The notes under the pieces are model-generated. The model saw only the letters and a program-made list of their open reading frames with translations. It ran no database searches and was not told where the DNA came from. Position numbers and translations under genes: made by a program. Positions 26,263 through 38,410 of a DNA stretch of 64,000 bases are shown piece by piece (the first letter of the stretch is position 1; each line of letters opens with the position of its first letter). The stretch covers positions 2,108,001 through 2,172,000 of the forward strand of contig ML978123.1 of the NCBI GenBank assembly GCA_010015805.1, in the 5' to 3' direction. This DNA is from Rhizodiscina lignyota. Its lineage: Eukaryota.

Positions 26263-26792
26263 TCAGCCTTTCTTATCCCCATCTGCTGCGCCGCTACCTT
26301 TCTTCTTCTTCGCCTTGTCCCTCTTTCTCTTGCTCCGGTCGCGCTTCTTCAGCGCCTGCATTCCACCTTTGCAAACGTCCGCGTATCGTATGTAGAAACC
26401 TTCTAATGCGTCCGGCTGGACAATTGTGGATAGCTTGATCTTGGAAGCTTTCTCATCCTTCCATTTTCCATTTGATGCACGGATAATGACGGGTAATGGG
26501 GATTCTGGATGCAGGTCGCGAAGCGGGTCATCAGGCGTTGTGGTCGGAGTGGAGGCTAGAGAGGGTGTATCGTAGTTCACTTGTAGATCTCATCAGACAC
26601 TTTGTTTGTCAAATATTGGGATATTCGTACATCGTTTCTGGGTGAGAAATATGGAACCTTTTCCGGCCTGTCGATTTGCTTCGAATAGCTCACCGAGCTT
26701 GGTGAAGAACTTGTGATTTCATTAGCCTAATCCTGACATTATCTGAAGTGATAAGTAGGCACCTCGTCGTGACTTAGATGAGATGACGACAT
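26263..26792 (-). CDS. SRP14: Signal recognition particle subunit SRP14; 2 introns
   Basis: Spliced: MSSSHLSHDE|FFTKLGELFE..GKGSIFLTQKR|LNY...IIRASNGK..KIKLSTIV..YADVCKGGMQALKKRDR. Confidence 0.9.
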
Positions 26793-27132
26793 CTGTGCTG
26801 TGATTTAAAGGGAGTTATCCTGATGAAAATGTAAACGTAAAGTTGATATACCAACCTATCGAAGTGCGGTGGAGTCTCGGCAATTGCCGAACGAACGGTG
26901 TTCTTTAGCAAAAATTTGTGGCCACCGCCATCATTGTGAATAAAATTTTCGAAGTCCACGAAACCTTCGGAAACAAAAGTGGTTTTGAAAAAGATACTTT
27001 ATCTGCAAAGAAGCTGAAGGTCCTGTTCCTTTGCATTGGAGCACTGCGGCCCCAGGTCTATAATGCACTTCAACGAACGGAATCCTCACGAGCGTACATC
27101 AATGAGGTATTTTGCGGGAAATCGATGATAGA

Positions 27133-29757
27133 ATGAGGACTATGAAGGTACCAAAACTGCCCAAGCAGCTGTTGGAGCAGATCGGAGAAGGTAGCGACGG
27201 AGGCGCAAATGGAGGCGGAAGGTCCAAACGATTTGGCCAAAAGAGTCGAAAAGAACGTCGAAAGGCCGAAAGAAATCAGAAGAGTGTACAGAGACCACAT
27301 TCCGCACAGTTCCGACCACCTCGTGGTGGGCATGAGATGGAGCTTAATAGCTCTGAGGATGAGCCTAGTCTCAAGCCCACACGGCATTCGAAGGAAGAAC
27401 CACCCAAACGCAACGGCCCTACAGATATGCCAAAATCAGCTCTCAAGAAGAGTAAAAGCCGCCCTTCATCTAATTCCGAAGATTCAATTCCAAAGGCTCA
27501 GGCTACAGGCCATCACATTTCCCGCGCAGCTAGGGACAGACTGGATCAGGACGACGCAGAGATTGCTGCCCTGGAAAGGAGGCTCGGCATGAAAGGAAAG
27601 ACGAAAAATTCCCAGTCTTTAAAAGATGATGGATTGGACTTTCTGCTTGATGATCTGTCTGATGGCTCTGCTTCGGATGGTGAGCCTGGAAGCAAGCGAA
27701 AGAGGGAGGAGTACGACGAGTTTATAAAGAGTAAACGGCAGCGCAGCAAAGAATCGCCTTCCCATGGGACTAATGCGGACAGTGGGTTGTCTGATTCTGA
27801 TGACGATGCGGACGATGCTCTTGATGACGTGGATGAGTCCGATAAACTCTCCAGCAATGAAGAAGACGATATTGCATTCGAAGGCTTTTCCTCAGAGGCT
27901 TCAGAGGAGGCAACGCCGAAGCCCAAGAAGCGCGAAAACCCATATGTACCACCGGTCCCTACAGACGGCCCATCAGCCAGGAAGTATATACCACCATCTA
28001 TGCGTGAACCTGCAAATTCAGATTTGGAGTCCATGTCCCAACTACGACGGCAGGTTCAAGGTCTGCTTAATCGACTCTCAGAAGCCAACCTTACGACTAT
28101 CCTGCGAGACATAGAGGGACTCTATCAAAAGAACCCACGACAATATGTGACGTCGGCGGCAATCGATCTCCTCCTCGGGCTGCTTGCTGATAGAACACGA
28201 CTGAACGATACATTTCTGGTTCTACATGCCGGATTCATCGCGGCAATGTACAAAGTCGTTGGGATCGAATTTGGGGCCCAAGTCCTTGAGCGACTAACCA
28301 TGGAATTGGAGAACAGTTATGCAACTGATCAGGATATCCAATCTGGCAGCAAGGTCTCCTCGAACCTTGTTTCTCTATTGGCCATCCTCTATACTTTCCA
28401 AGTCGTTGGGAGCACGCTAATCTTTGATTACATACGTCTCTATCTCCAGAGGGTCTCTGAGATAAATACTGAATTGCTTTTGTTGATCGTGAGGAGTATG
28501 TATTGCTACCATGATAGTAAACTTTGGCTTACCTCCGTCAGATTGCGGACCTCAGCTACGTCAAGATGATCCATCATCTTTGAAAGACATTGTCATTCTT
28601 CTGCAAAATGCGGTTCACGAGGCGGGAGAGGCAAATCTATCCGTGCGGGCCAAATTCATGATGGAAACGGTTAACAATCTCAAAAATAACCGCTCAAAAG
28701 GAGCTAGTTCGTCTGCAGTGATAGCTGAGCATGTAGTGCGGATGAAGAAAATCCTCGGATCTCTCAATACACGTTCGACTCGGGCAAGCGAGCCTCTGCG
28801 CATTGGATTGAACGATATCCGAAACAGAGAGAAGACTGGGAAGTGGTGGCTCGTCGGCGCAAGCTGGAAAGGGCAGGATGACAAGGCAGTCGCTCACAGA
28901 GATCCTCAGGAGTTAAAAGGCGTTGAGAACCTCGACATAGGCGACGACCTGGGAGACAACGAGACGACAACACTCTTGCAGCTCGCAAAGGAGCAAAGGA
29001 TGAATACCGAGATTCGACGAGCGATCTTCATCTCTATCATGTCTGCTTCTGACTACAAAGATGCGCATGTTCGACTATTAAAACTCCATCTGAAGAAGGC
29101 GCAGGAATTAGAGATCCCTCGGGTGCTTCTGCAGTGTGCGGGTGCCGAACAGAGTTACAACCCGTACTACACCTCGATTGCGAAGAAGTTATGTACCGAC
29201 CGGAAGCTGAAAATGGCTTTTCAATTCAGTTTGTGGGATCTGTTCAAAAGAATGGGCGAGCGATTTGGAGATAATGAGGGGGAATTTCTGGACAGTGATG
29301 ATGAGGAGGACGCGCTTAAGATGCATCAACTTGTTAATTTCGGAAAGATGTATGGGGCTCTCATCGCAACCGACAGTCTTTCAGTTGCCGTATTGAAGGT
29401 ATTCTATCTTGGGACCATAAGCATGGTGGACCTCGCTAACTAGTTCAGAATCTCAACTTTGCCTATCTCCGGCCGAAGACGCAAGCCTTTCTTGAAGTTT
29501 TGTTCACTACGACAATTCTGGAGACACTGAGGCGGTCTAAACACGGCAGAGATGATCACGCTGTTGTCCACATTTTCGACTCTGCGGCCGCTACACCTCA
29601 GGTCCTACTTGGATTACAGCTATTCTTTCAGCACCTTTTGGGTAATGATGTTGAGGTTGCCAAAAGCAAACACGAGGGGAACACGGTGCGATGGGGGTTT
29701 CAGGTTGCAAAGGACGCGCTCACAAGACTTCAAGTAGCGAGTAACATTGAAGGTTGA
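27133..29757 (+). CDS. SGD1: Nucleolar MIF4G + MA3 domain protein (Sgd1/NOM1); 2 introns
   Basis: KYIPPSMR, GLLNRLSEANL, CGPQLRQDDPSSLKDI, GKWWLVGASW, RMNTEIRRAIFISIMSASDYKDA, YNPYY. Confidence 0.92.
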
Positions 29758-29793
29758 ACTGAAGAGACTCTATTGCTGTACGGGATATTCCGC

Positions 29794-30369
29794 TCATTTG
29801 TAGTTTGATATCCTACACTCGTAAGCTACTCGTCGACAGAAACAGAGGGCATCAGCTTACTCGACCAGGTTCAAATCAGGGTCTCGCACATATACGCTCC
29901 TTATGACACCTCGAGCCCCAGTTCTATCCACGACCTGTCCGCCCTCGAGGACCTTTTTAGCTAGACGTTAGCGCCTGGACGCGGAGGCTCTCTATGGTGA
30001 CATACATCAACCTTGTCTGCTTTGAGAGCCTTTAGAACATCCTCTACTGGATCGTCGGTGATAAAGCACAAATCCGCGCTTCCAGGCATGACATTTTGGG
30101 CTTTTGGTTCGAACTCCTTGCCGTGTTGGTGGAGATTGATCTTTTGAGATCCGAATAGCAGGGCATGACTATCCGAGTGAGATCCGAAGTAGACACTCTA
30201 GAAGTTGGAATGTCCATAAAACTTACCGCTCAATGCCTGGATCTTTCGACGAGGTGAAGACGTCGTGTTTCATGCCGAGCCATTTGGTATAGAACTCAAC
30301 CGTTGCAGGAATAGACTTGCAAGTGAGCACAACATGATCAATTGACTTCACCACGCATGCTGCTGCCAT
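29794..30369 (-). CDS. Glyoxalase/VOC-superfamily protein (GLOD5-like); 3 introns, 19-nt last exon
   Basis: Spliced: SIDHVVLTC..FY..LGM..|HALLFGSQKINLH..FEPKA..PGSADLCF..|RTGARG.IRSVYVRDPDLNLVE|ISNYK*. Confidence 0.88.
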
Positions 30370-30569
30370 ATTGTCGAGGTGTGAACCTGTTTGATGCTTC
30401 GAGATTCTATATTGAGATTTCGTATATCCAGAAGACCTCCGAGATCGCACAGTTTGCACTGCTTATGTATGAGCTGGGGCCAATAGCATGTGCGGCCACA
30501 TATCAAAAAGACTTCATGTACCTCCGAATATGTTCCAACAGATGAGTTAACCGAAGTATCCGTGTCAAG

Positions 30570-31636
30570 ATGGATGTAGCAAAGCAATTAAACCTTCCAG
30601 ACCTTTATTCAGCAAATGGGCTAGTGGCCGTGATTACAGGCGGAGGCACTGGTTCGTACCTGAAAATCCTCGGAACGTTCCCCGCAATTTTCGAGCTTTG
30701 CTAATCTAAGCTTTTCATGTTGCTAGGCATCGGCCTAGCATTTGCTTCTGCTCTGTGCCAAACTAATGCAAAGAAAATCTTCATCCTTGGGCGAAGATTG
30801 ACAACGCTTCAAGATGCCGCAAAGTCACTGGATCCAAACGGGAATGTTATCGTCCCCATACAATGTGATGTCACCGATCAAGAATCAGTCACAAAGGCTG
30901 CTAAGCTCGTTGAAGATGAAGTGGGATATGTCGACGTCTTGATTAACAATTCAGGCGTTACTGGACCGGATCATAAAGGTATATATGCAGCGCAGAATGT
31001 CGAGGAACTGCAAAAGGTCATGCTCAACGACTGGGGAAACTGGCCCACAGCAATGGCAACGAATGTGACTGCTGTTGTTGGTGTCAGTGCGGCTTTCCTC
31101 CTCCTCTTGGACAAAGGCAATGTCCGGAGAGGGTTCGAAAGCAAGAAACTTCAGCCCGACGGAGAAGCCAGACAGCGAAATATGCATATTGCGGCCGAAG
31201 ATGTCGAAGAGAGCGATTTGCGGACCAGCCAGATCATTACCATTTCGAGCATATCGGGCTTCAATCGGCATGTCACTGCTGGCATGGCATACACAGGAAG
31301 CAAAGCTGCGGCTATCCTCATCGGGAAGAGTATGGCGACATTTCTTGCACCGTACGGCATCCGAAGCAATGTCATTTGCCCTGGACGTACGTGTGCCACT
31401 GGCTTCGTTTAGGAGACATCCGTGAAAGCTAATCGTCAGCAGTATATCCTTCCGAGATAGCTGGTGGGCAGGAAGGCTCTTTTCCTGTCAACTCTGTCCC
31501 CGCTGGCAGAAAGGGAAATTTCGAGGAAATGGCAGGCTGTATCCTTCATCTGGTTGGCAAAAGCGGCGCATACCTCAACGGTACTGTGCAGATTACGGAT
31601 GGAGGTAGACTCAGTGTCTTTCAGGGCACTTTTTGA
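30570..31636 (+). CDS. Short-chain dehydrogenase/reductase; 2 introns
   Basis: VAVITGGGT|GIG, INNSG, catalytic YTGSK, IRSNVICPG|.YPSE and YLNG...TDGG; stop TGA at 31634-31636. Confidence 0.9.
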
Positions 31637-31994
31637 AAGCGTTTTACTCGGTGAAGAGATACCACTCAATTAGAGAAGTTCATGCGATAGGCGGACACTT
31701 GGATCTGGTTTCCATATATACACACTCCGACCCTAGCCTCATTTCCCTCTCTCCCAGACTGAAAATTGTATACTTGACATATCTCAAAAATTGCTTGACA
31801 AGCCACACAGGAGAATTTCTATCAACGACAAAGCACTTGGATGTGCGAGTGGGTGAAACAATATCTGACGAGGCAAGATTTGATAGAGGAAAGACTCGAA
31901 ACAACAAGCTTAATAGACGAATGATATGTACTGAATTCGATGTCAGCGCGAGGATACGCCGCACGCACAGAATGTGGCTCCGAGAATTGCTCAC

Positions 31995-32865
31995 CTAGCC
32001 TGAACCACAAACCGCTGATGCCACACCGAAAAAGCCACCTGCAACACCATTAACCGCACCAGCTACAGCACCAAGCACGCTTGTGGCCAGACAGAGATCT
32101 AATAGCATAAAGTCAGCCAGGAATTCTACAACATTACTAACCGAAGGTCTCAAACATGATGGAGAGAGAAGATTAAGAATACGAAAGAAACGACCCTCAA
32201 CTGGAGTAGTGCATACCTTCATTTTTCTCTAGTTCAACGTTAATTATGATTTCGTCTTGCATGTTGTTCCCGTTGAAGCGGCTGATGTGGATGTAGTTGG
32301 GAAACTTGGACATCTTGCAAATGCCCACAACGTCACCTTGAAACCCGTTCTGACGCCACCGGCGCTCTTCAGGTACGGCCGACTTTGGGTTGACAGTAGC
32401 CATTACGGCATCATTGTATGCCTCTTTCGAATTCTTGGCGTGCCATGCTCCCTCGACTGTGACTTTGATGCCTGTCGGAACGGGTGCACCACCGCCATCG
32501 GTCCAATCCACATCCCTCGAGTAGTCTGATCCGCCGTCGCAGCCGCTTTCGGTACACAGCTTCTCGATAGCTCCATTGAGAGTTTTACGGATTGAAGCGT
32601 CGCAACCATAATCGATCTGGGTCTTGCCGAGGATCACATCTGTTGTCGTGCTGTCGCGCTTAGATAGACCACTGAATCGGGATTTGTAGTCTTCGCTGCC
32701 CGGCTCCATGCCAAGTTTGAACCTGTAAACGATCGATCCGTCTTCTACAACGGCCTCGCAATTAGATGTAGGGCCGCATCTCTCGGGACGCTCTGTAGCT
32801 AATTCTGGCGCTGGCGCTGCAAGAACAGCAGCTAACAATGGTAGAGTGAACAGAATATTCTTCAT
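31995..32865 (-). CDS. Secreted Cys-containing hypothetical protein (250 aa) with Kex2-type site and C-terminal Gly-zipper; intron 32099-32216
   Basis: Signal peptide MKNILFTLPLLAAVLA, LSKR dibasic site and 8 Cys. A GTATGC..CTGAC..TAG phase-1 intron joins exon 2, (D)LCLATSVLGAVAGAVNGVAGGFFGVASAVCGSG*. Confidence 0.8.
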
Positions 32866-34538
32866 GTTGCTCGAGAATATAACAAGACTGGCTGCTGTTT
32901 AAGGTTATAGTGCGAAATCTCTGGTTCCCTTGATGGCTGAGTTTGGTGATAGCTCTCATCTTCTGCGGTGGAAAGATATTCATTCTTATAGATTAGATTT
33001 GCTCTCTGTAATATACACTTTGTCAAGCCTAGTCGAAAGAGGATGAACGCTGCGCTCGAGTTGAATGAAGATTGCGGGTAGCTGCCGGATTACTGTTAGG
33101 TTCTCAGCTTTGTGATCGCAAGAATCCTCCATCACAGCCTCGATTGTTTCAATGTTCGTAGAGTTGGATGCTTGCCGTGGATGAAAATGAGATGAAGGGG
33201 ACGCTTGACGTGAACGAGCTTGGCGTCCTTTCCATTTCAGAGCACTCCGTGATATAATAATAGTAATGTTAAATTTGGAAGCGGTTCCTGTACAATTCAA
33301 TGTCATTATAATAGGGTTCATTTGGTTGGAGTGACGATGTTGTTGTGAACTTGGTACAGCCACTCCAGGGGAGTGGGTCAAATACGAGCGCGGCATACAA
33401 CCTCTTCAGAGTGTGATCGACGGTTTTCTGCACCATACAAGTCAAAGATGAGGATCTCTTTGGGCGCTCTTCAGCCTTGCCTGATGTCAACAGAAAGGAG
33501 GAATAGAGCGCGCCGAGATGAGTTTTATGACCTTCTTTTCGTAAGCTTGGACGTGGGCAAGTACGATTCGTGGCTGGGCCTCTGCACCGAATTGGAACAG
33601 CAGGGAAATTAGCCTGTCGTGAAGGAATTTGGAGGCGGTCAGAGGCATATGCGTCAACCACAGCATTCCGTCATCATTGTACGAGCGCGGTTCCAGAGAC
33701 CTCGAGAAGCGTTCTACAACAAGTCCTGAGCTAAGTAGCGACAAGGTCTGCATCTCCGCAGCCAACAGCGGCGCCCAACGTGACACCAAGGAGGAACTGG
33801 AGCTGGAAAGACTCTGAAAGAGACGGCATGATGCAAGGAAGTATTTGGGAATCCGCTGAGGTTTGTCGCGTGCTAGATAATGAGAGCTGTGAACCACCTT
33901 TAAGGGAACTGTGGAGCAGACGCCCGGATCAGGAAACGCGTCTTAGCAATAAAAGAAATTGACGGGCTAAAACATATTTAAATCTTCGCACGGGAGATAA
34001 AACCACTCCGTTCCCCGCATACCCGCCCAGCTTATGTTGGGATTATCGCAAGACTAGCCTCTCTGGGACGGCAAATAGGAGACAGGCCTGACAGGAGATG
34101 ATGTGCGGACCACCAGTTCGTCTTCCGAATGTCTTCCAATTTATGACCACAAAGATCTTTAAATCGGGCAAGTCGGAGATGATTCGACCGTGTCTCGCAA
34201 GAGGCTCTCCATGGGGAAGCATCATGCCACGCACGATACATGGGGACTCTCCACAGCCTTGAAGGGAATAAACTAGATGAGGAAGTAAACACCCCACTCT
34301 CATAATGCTGCGCTGCGTCAAGAGCCCGGAATTACAGGAAATGATCCGGACTTCCTTGGTTGGAGAAGTAGCTGGAGATTGACGAGACATTCTTTCGGAT
34401 ACTTCATTTGTAGGATGCTGACAGCTGCAATGCGATTGCTTACCGACTGCTTGACGAGGAGCTGATATCTATTTCCCTTTCGAAAGGGAATATCATGTTT
34501 AATCGAGAAAAAACTGGACTTCTCAAACTTCTGGAACC

Positions 34539-36012
34539 ATGGTTGTCGAGAATTCTCAATCAGAGACCACCATACCAGATCGAACAATCAACAAAGGCAA
34601 GCTCAGTGGTGGTGAGTGGAGACTTACTCCGATTCACAATGTAGGGTATCAATTGGTCTCACTGCGCAGGAAACTCAAATCAATCGGTCGTTATCGTCGG
34701 CGCTGGCCCTATGGGAGTGCTACTCGCACTCAAGCTCGGTAAAGCTGGCGTCAAAGTGACGATTCTGGAGAAAGAGCAGAAGACAGCCGATGCTCCGCGA
34801 GCCTGTGGATACTTTGCCGCATCTACTCTTGCACTTCACGACGCAGGCGTGTATGACAAGACCAAGGAAGAAGGTTTCTTGACTAGGGGCCTGTGCTGGA
34901 GAAGAAAACCTGTCGATGACGGCAGTGGCAACAGGCGGCTGGGCGACATGGTTGCCAGCATGCCGCTCGCTCCACCAGATTTGAAGTCTGAGGACATGCC
35001 ACCTGGTGTTGGGCTGCTGTGTTTGCAACAGTCGAACTTGACTAGACTGTTTGTCCGAGAAGCATTGGCGACTGGAAATGTGTCAATCGACTTCAACCGA
35101 GAACTTTGTGATATCGAAGAAAAGGGAACCGTTGTGACTGCAATAGCGAAAGACGTCGATACAGGAGACATGCACAGGTATTCCGCATCCTTCCTGGTTG
35201 GTGCCGATGGCGGTCGCTCTACCACACGACGATTGCTGGGAATCCCCTTTGGAGGTCATACTTGGCCGGAACGCGTCCTTGCAACTGATGTTCTGGTGCC
35301 GAATGCGGAAGATCCAATCATGCACACCAGTTTCGTCTTCGACAATATCAACTTTACTGTGGTTACGCCTCTAACGGAACCGGTTATGGGGAAGTGGTCA
35401 TTATGGAGATACGCGACAGCTACCGATCCCCAAGACGATAGATCAGAAGAAGAATTATTGAAAGATGAACATATCGCCTCTTTGTATGAGAAGTTCATGG
35501 CAGGACCAAGGCCGCTGCAATATGAGATCAAGGCAAGATCGTTGTATAGAATACACCAGCGCTTAGCAAATACGTTCCGCCGGGGACGTTGTGTGCTTGC
35601 TGGTGATGCTGCTCATGTTTGCGCTGTGAGTTTGGACCACTTTTTTTCTGCAACTCCATTATTTGGCTTACTGTTTATCCAACCTCAGCCTTACGGCGCT
35701 CTTGGTCTCAATTCTGGCATCCTCGATGTCGACGCCCTCAGCGATGCCCTTCTAATGATCTTTAACGAGGGCAAGCGGCTGTCGCTTCTGGATGTCTACT
35801 CCGATGAGAGGCGAAAAGTCTTTCAATTCTTCGTCAACCCGACCACAACACACAACAAGCTCCGCATGAGCTCAGACCCAGATAATGTCGTGGAAGATGA
35901 CTGGCTCCTCAGGTCGCTGAAAAATCCGTCGCCGGAAGCATTAGAGGAGCTCGCGAAACCGTATTTTGAGACTTGGCGAACAGACATGAGAAAGTTGGCC
36001 GACACAAATTAA
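34539..36012 (+). CDS. FAD-dependent monooxygenase (aromatic-ring hydroxylase, FAD_binding_3 type); 2 introns
   Basis: Spliced VVIVGAGPMG, LVGADGGRSTTR and GRCVLAGDAAHVCA|PYGALGLNSGILD (63-nt intron 35626-35688). Confidence 0.92.
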
Positions 36013-36301
36013 AAGAGCGCGGACTGTGCATGGAATAGACCTGCCAGTCAGTTTAATATCAAAGATACAGTGGCTGACTTAAACATGCCTTATTTCCCAT
36101 GCACAGTTGCTTGTATTGCTCGCTGAATAGATACCTTATATTTTGCAAGGCCTGAGCGAACCACGAATGCAAACTCCCGTAAGTATATCTCCCATTTCTC
36201 TATCAGGCCAGACAGACCCAAACAAACTGATACCCAATGGGCATTTTTAGACTCTGGACTCTATGTACATGCGGTTCAACTCTACCTTTGTCTAAATTTC
36301 T

Positions 36302-37598
36302 TTAAGCTGTAAAAGGTACTTGCAACCTCTGGCAAGGCTTTTTCCTGGCCATTGCTGTCGTTGGTATCGCAGATGCTGTGGTGGGTCCTACTGGAGTTGA
36401 TTCTGACGATATAGAAGACTTTACCGAGGCAGACACCTCGGAAGCCGGAACCGGAGTAAGCGTAACGGTTGTCAAAGGAGCTGATGTGGTCGAGGGAACT
36501 ACTGAAGAGCTCGAAGTTGCAGGTGAGCTTGCCGCTGGCATTGAAGACGTATCACTTGGCGATACCGCCTCCGCAGCAGATGTAGCTACAGAAGCAGAAG
36601 TGTCCGCAGCAGCCGCTGACGAGGTTGCTTCGGTTGAAGTCGCTGCAACAGACGACACATCCGACGACGACGAAGTATCAGAAGAAGCATCACTACCAGG
36701 CCCAGTAACGCTCTTTGTGAGCTCTCCGCTCTCGATGTATACACCACTGAAATACCAGTCCTCGGTTGGGCTGTCAGTGTAGCCAGTGCGAGGCAGACGT
36801 AGAACGCCGAGATGCCAGTCTGCTCCGTTAGAAGAAGCACTCGCAGACACAGGTACCACTATCTGGCTGAGCGAGTCCGAGCCGTTGGAGCCCCAAAGTC
36901 CCACAGTCTGCCCATCGAAATCGATTTCATATGCGAAGTTGTACCACTGGCCAGCAGTAAACGGCGTCTTCCATTGGGACTGGCTGGTAACCATCCACTG
37001 CAGGTTCGGATTATCTGTTCCTTGCTCTCCGTTGATCCAACCGTACTTCATCTCGGTGAAGTGGCTTTCGAAGAAATTGACCTGGTGCTCCATGTCTACG
37101 CTTGGAGCGTTTGTGTCAGTCCGCTTCATCGAGAAGTGATAATAGACCTTGCCCTTATTGATGGCAGCCGTCGTTTGTGGAATCAGTTCCGTTCGAAGCA
37201 TATCCTGGCCTTCCCAATGAGATGTCTGATCGATGGTGATCTTCACACCCTTGGACGAGGCCTCATCGGCAGGGTTCTTGAAGTCTCGGTTAAGGTTGAC
37301 ATATTCCGTGACGTTGCCATCACCGTGGATATAGTACTGGTACGGACCAACTTCGTTTGAAAATGACCCTGGATGCAAGCGTGAGTCTGCTGCTCTGAAA
37401 TGATTTATGGCATAGTTGGTTGACATACACTTGGTGAGGTCTTCGCTGGAAGTGAGGTCATTGAATCGACCATCCCAAAGAATGTCGCCTGTACGACATA
37501 TTAGCAGTCGGCTTGAAAATTGTAGTAGATGAGTGCATACCAGCAACGAAAGCGCTGGAACTGGCCAGCAGTGCCAACAGTCTCTTTGAATCGAACAT
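36302..37598 (-). CDS. GH131 broad-specificity beta-glucanase with S/T-rich tail; 2 introns
   Basis: Signal peptide, then GDILWDGRFND..WSFSNEVGPYQYYIHG, RTELIPQ, EHQVNFFESHFTE, SNGADWHLGVLRLP, FSGVYIESG. Confidence 0.9.
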
Positions 37599-38125
37599 GT
37601 TCAACGAGTGACTACAGTGAGATAATGAAGGACAACTGCGCTAGGAAGCATTTGAGCGGCCAGCGTAGTCTATCAATAAGAGTGAACATGGCTGCAATAA
37701 TCGTAGACAATTTTCAATTCATCCGACGTACTCCGTAGTCCCCCCTCCATTCACGGTCAAGCTGAAAAGCACCATGTATTCGAAACGGCGGCACACTGTA
37801 CAATTTCCGCAGATATGATGCCCTACAGGTTCTCATTAACTGCCCATTAGGGCGCAATTCTTGACGGACAGTTTGCAAATAAGTGAAATTTCCCTCGACA
37901 GGGGTATTTCGTTCCAGATTGATCATGCAAGGATCACCTTGTTGATGACCCTCAATTTCTCCACGCTTGAGGAAACGTCAAACATGAAACATCGGCTGCA
38001 AACATTTGAGAGTCCATACGAAAAGCCACTTCGAGCTTGTAAATTGATATAATTTCGCCGGTTGAGCTGTTTTATCATTGCCTCATTGGCGGATAATATG
38101 GGAAATTCTGTCATATTATGTAGAG

Positions 38126-38410
38126 CTAGCTAAACGCTGGGTTGGCGTTTTGAAGTAATTGCTCAAAATAAGCCTCAAACCACGAACCAGCTTGCGGAGC
38201 GGGTTGTAGGGCGTCAGACAGAGCACAGTGGCTGTCAAAGCGGGGCGCTGTAGAGTTCGATGTACCATCGCATTCACCACCAGGCTTGACCCAGACGAAA
38301 GCGTCGACAAGATCATCACCCGTATTCGTAGTAGGCCTCACGCCAAAGCCAGTGTCTATGACGTTGCACCAGTCGCCCCAAGCCTGTTGCTTTGTGGGTT
38401 GGACGCCATT
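38126..38410 (-). pseudogene. Orphan terminal exon of a GH6 cellobiohydrolase II (gene relic)
   Basis: CTAAC branch site and TTTCAG acceptor are followed by 94 intact codons: NGVQPTKQQAWGDWCNVIDTGFGVRP..DAFVWVKPGGECDGTS..RFDSHC..APQAGSWFEAYFEQLLQNANPAF. No GH6 exons are visible in the ~700 bp before the next gene. Confidence 0.8.

Noticed and set aside
33373..33817. Fragment DVGKYDSWLGLCTELEQ faintly resembling the last helix of Pth11-like GPCRs, followed by a DLEK/ELERL-type tail
   Set aside because: Similarity is too weak, there are no hydrophobic helices and stops intervene. I cannot support a pseudogene call without a profile search.
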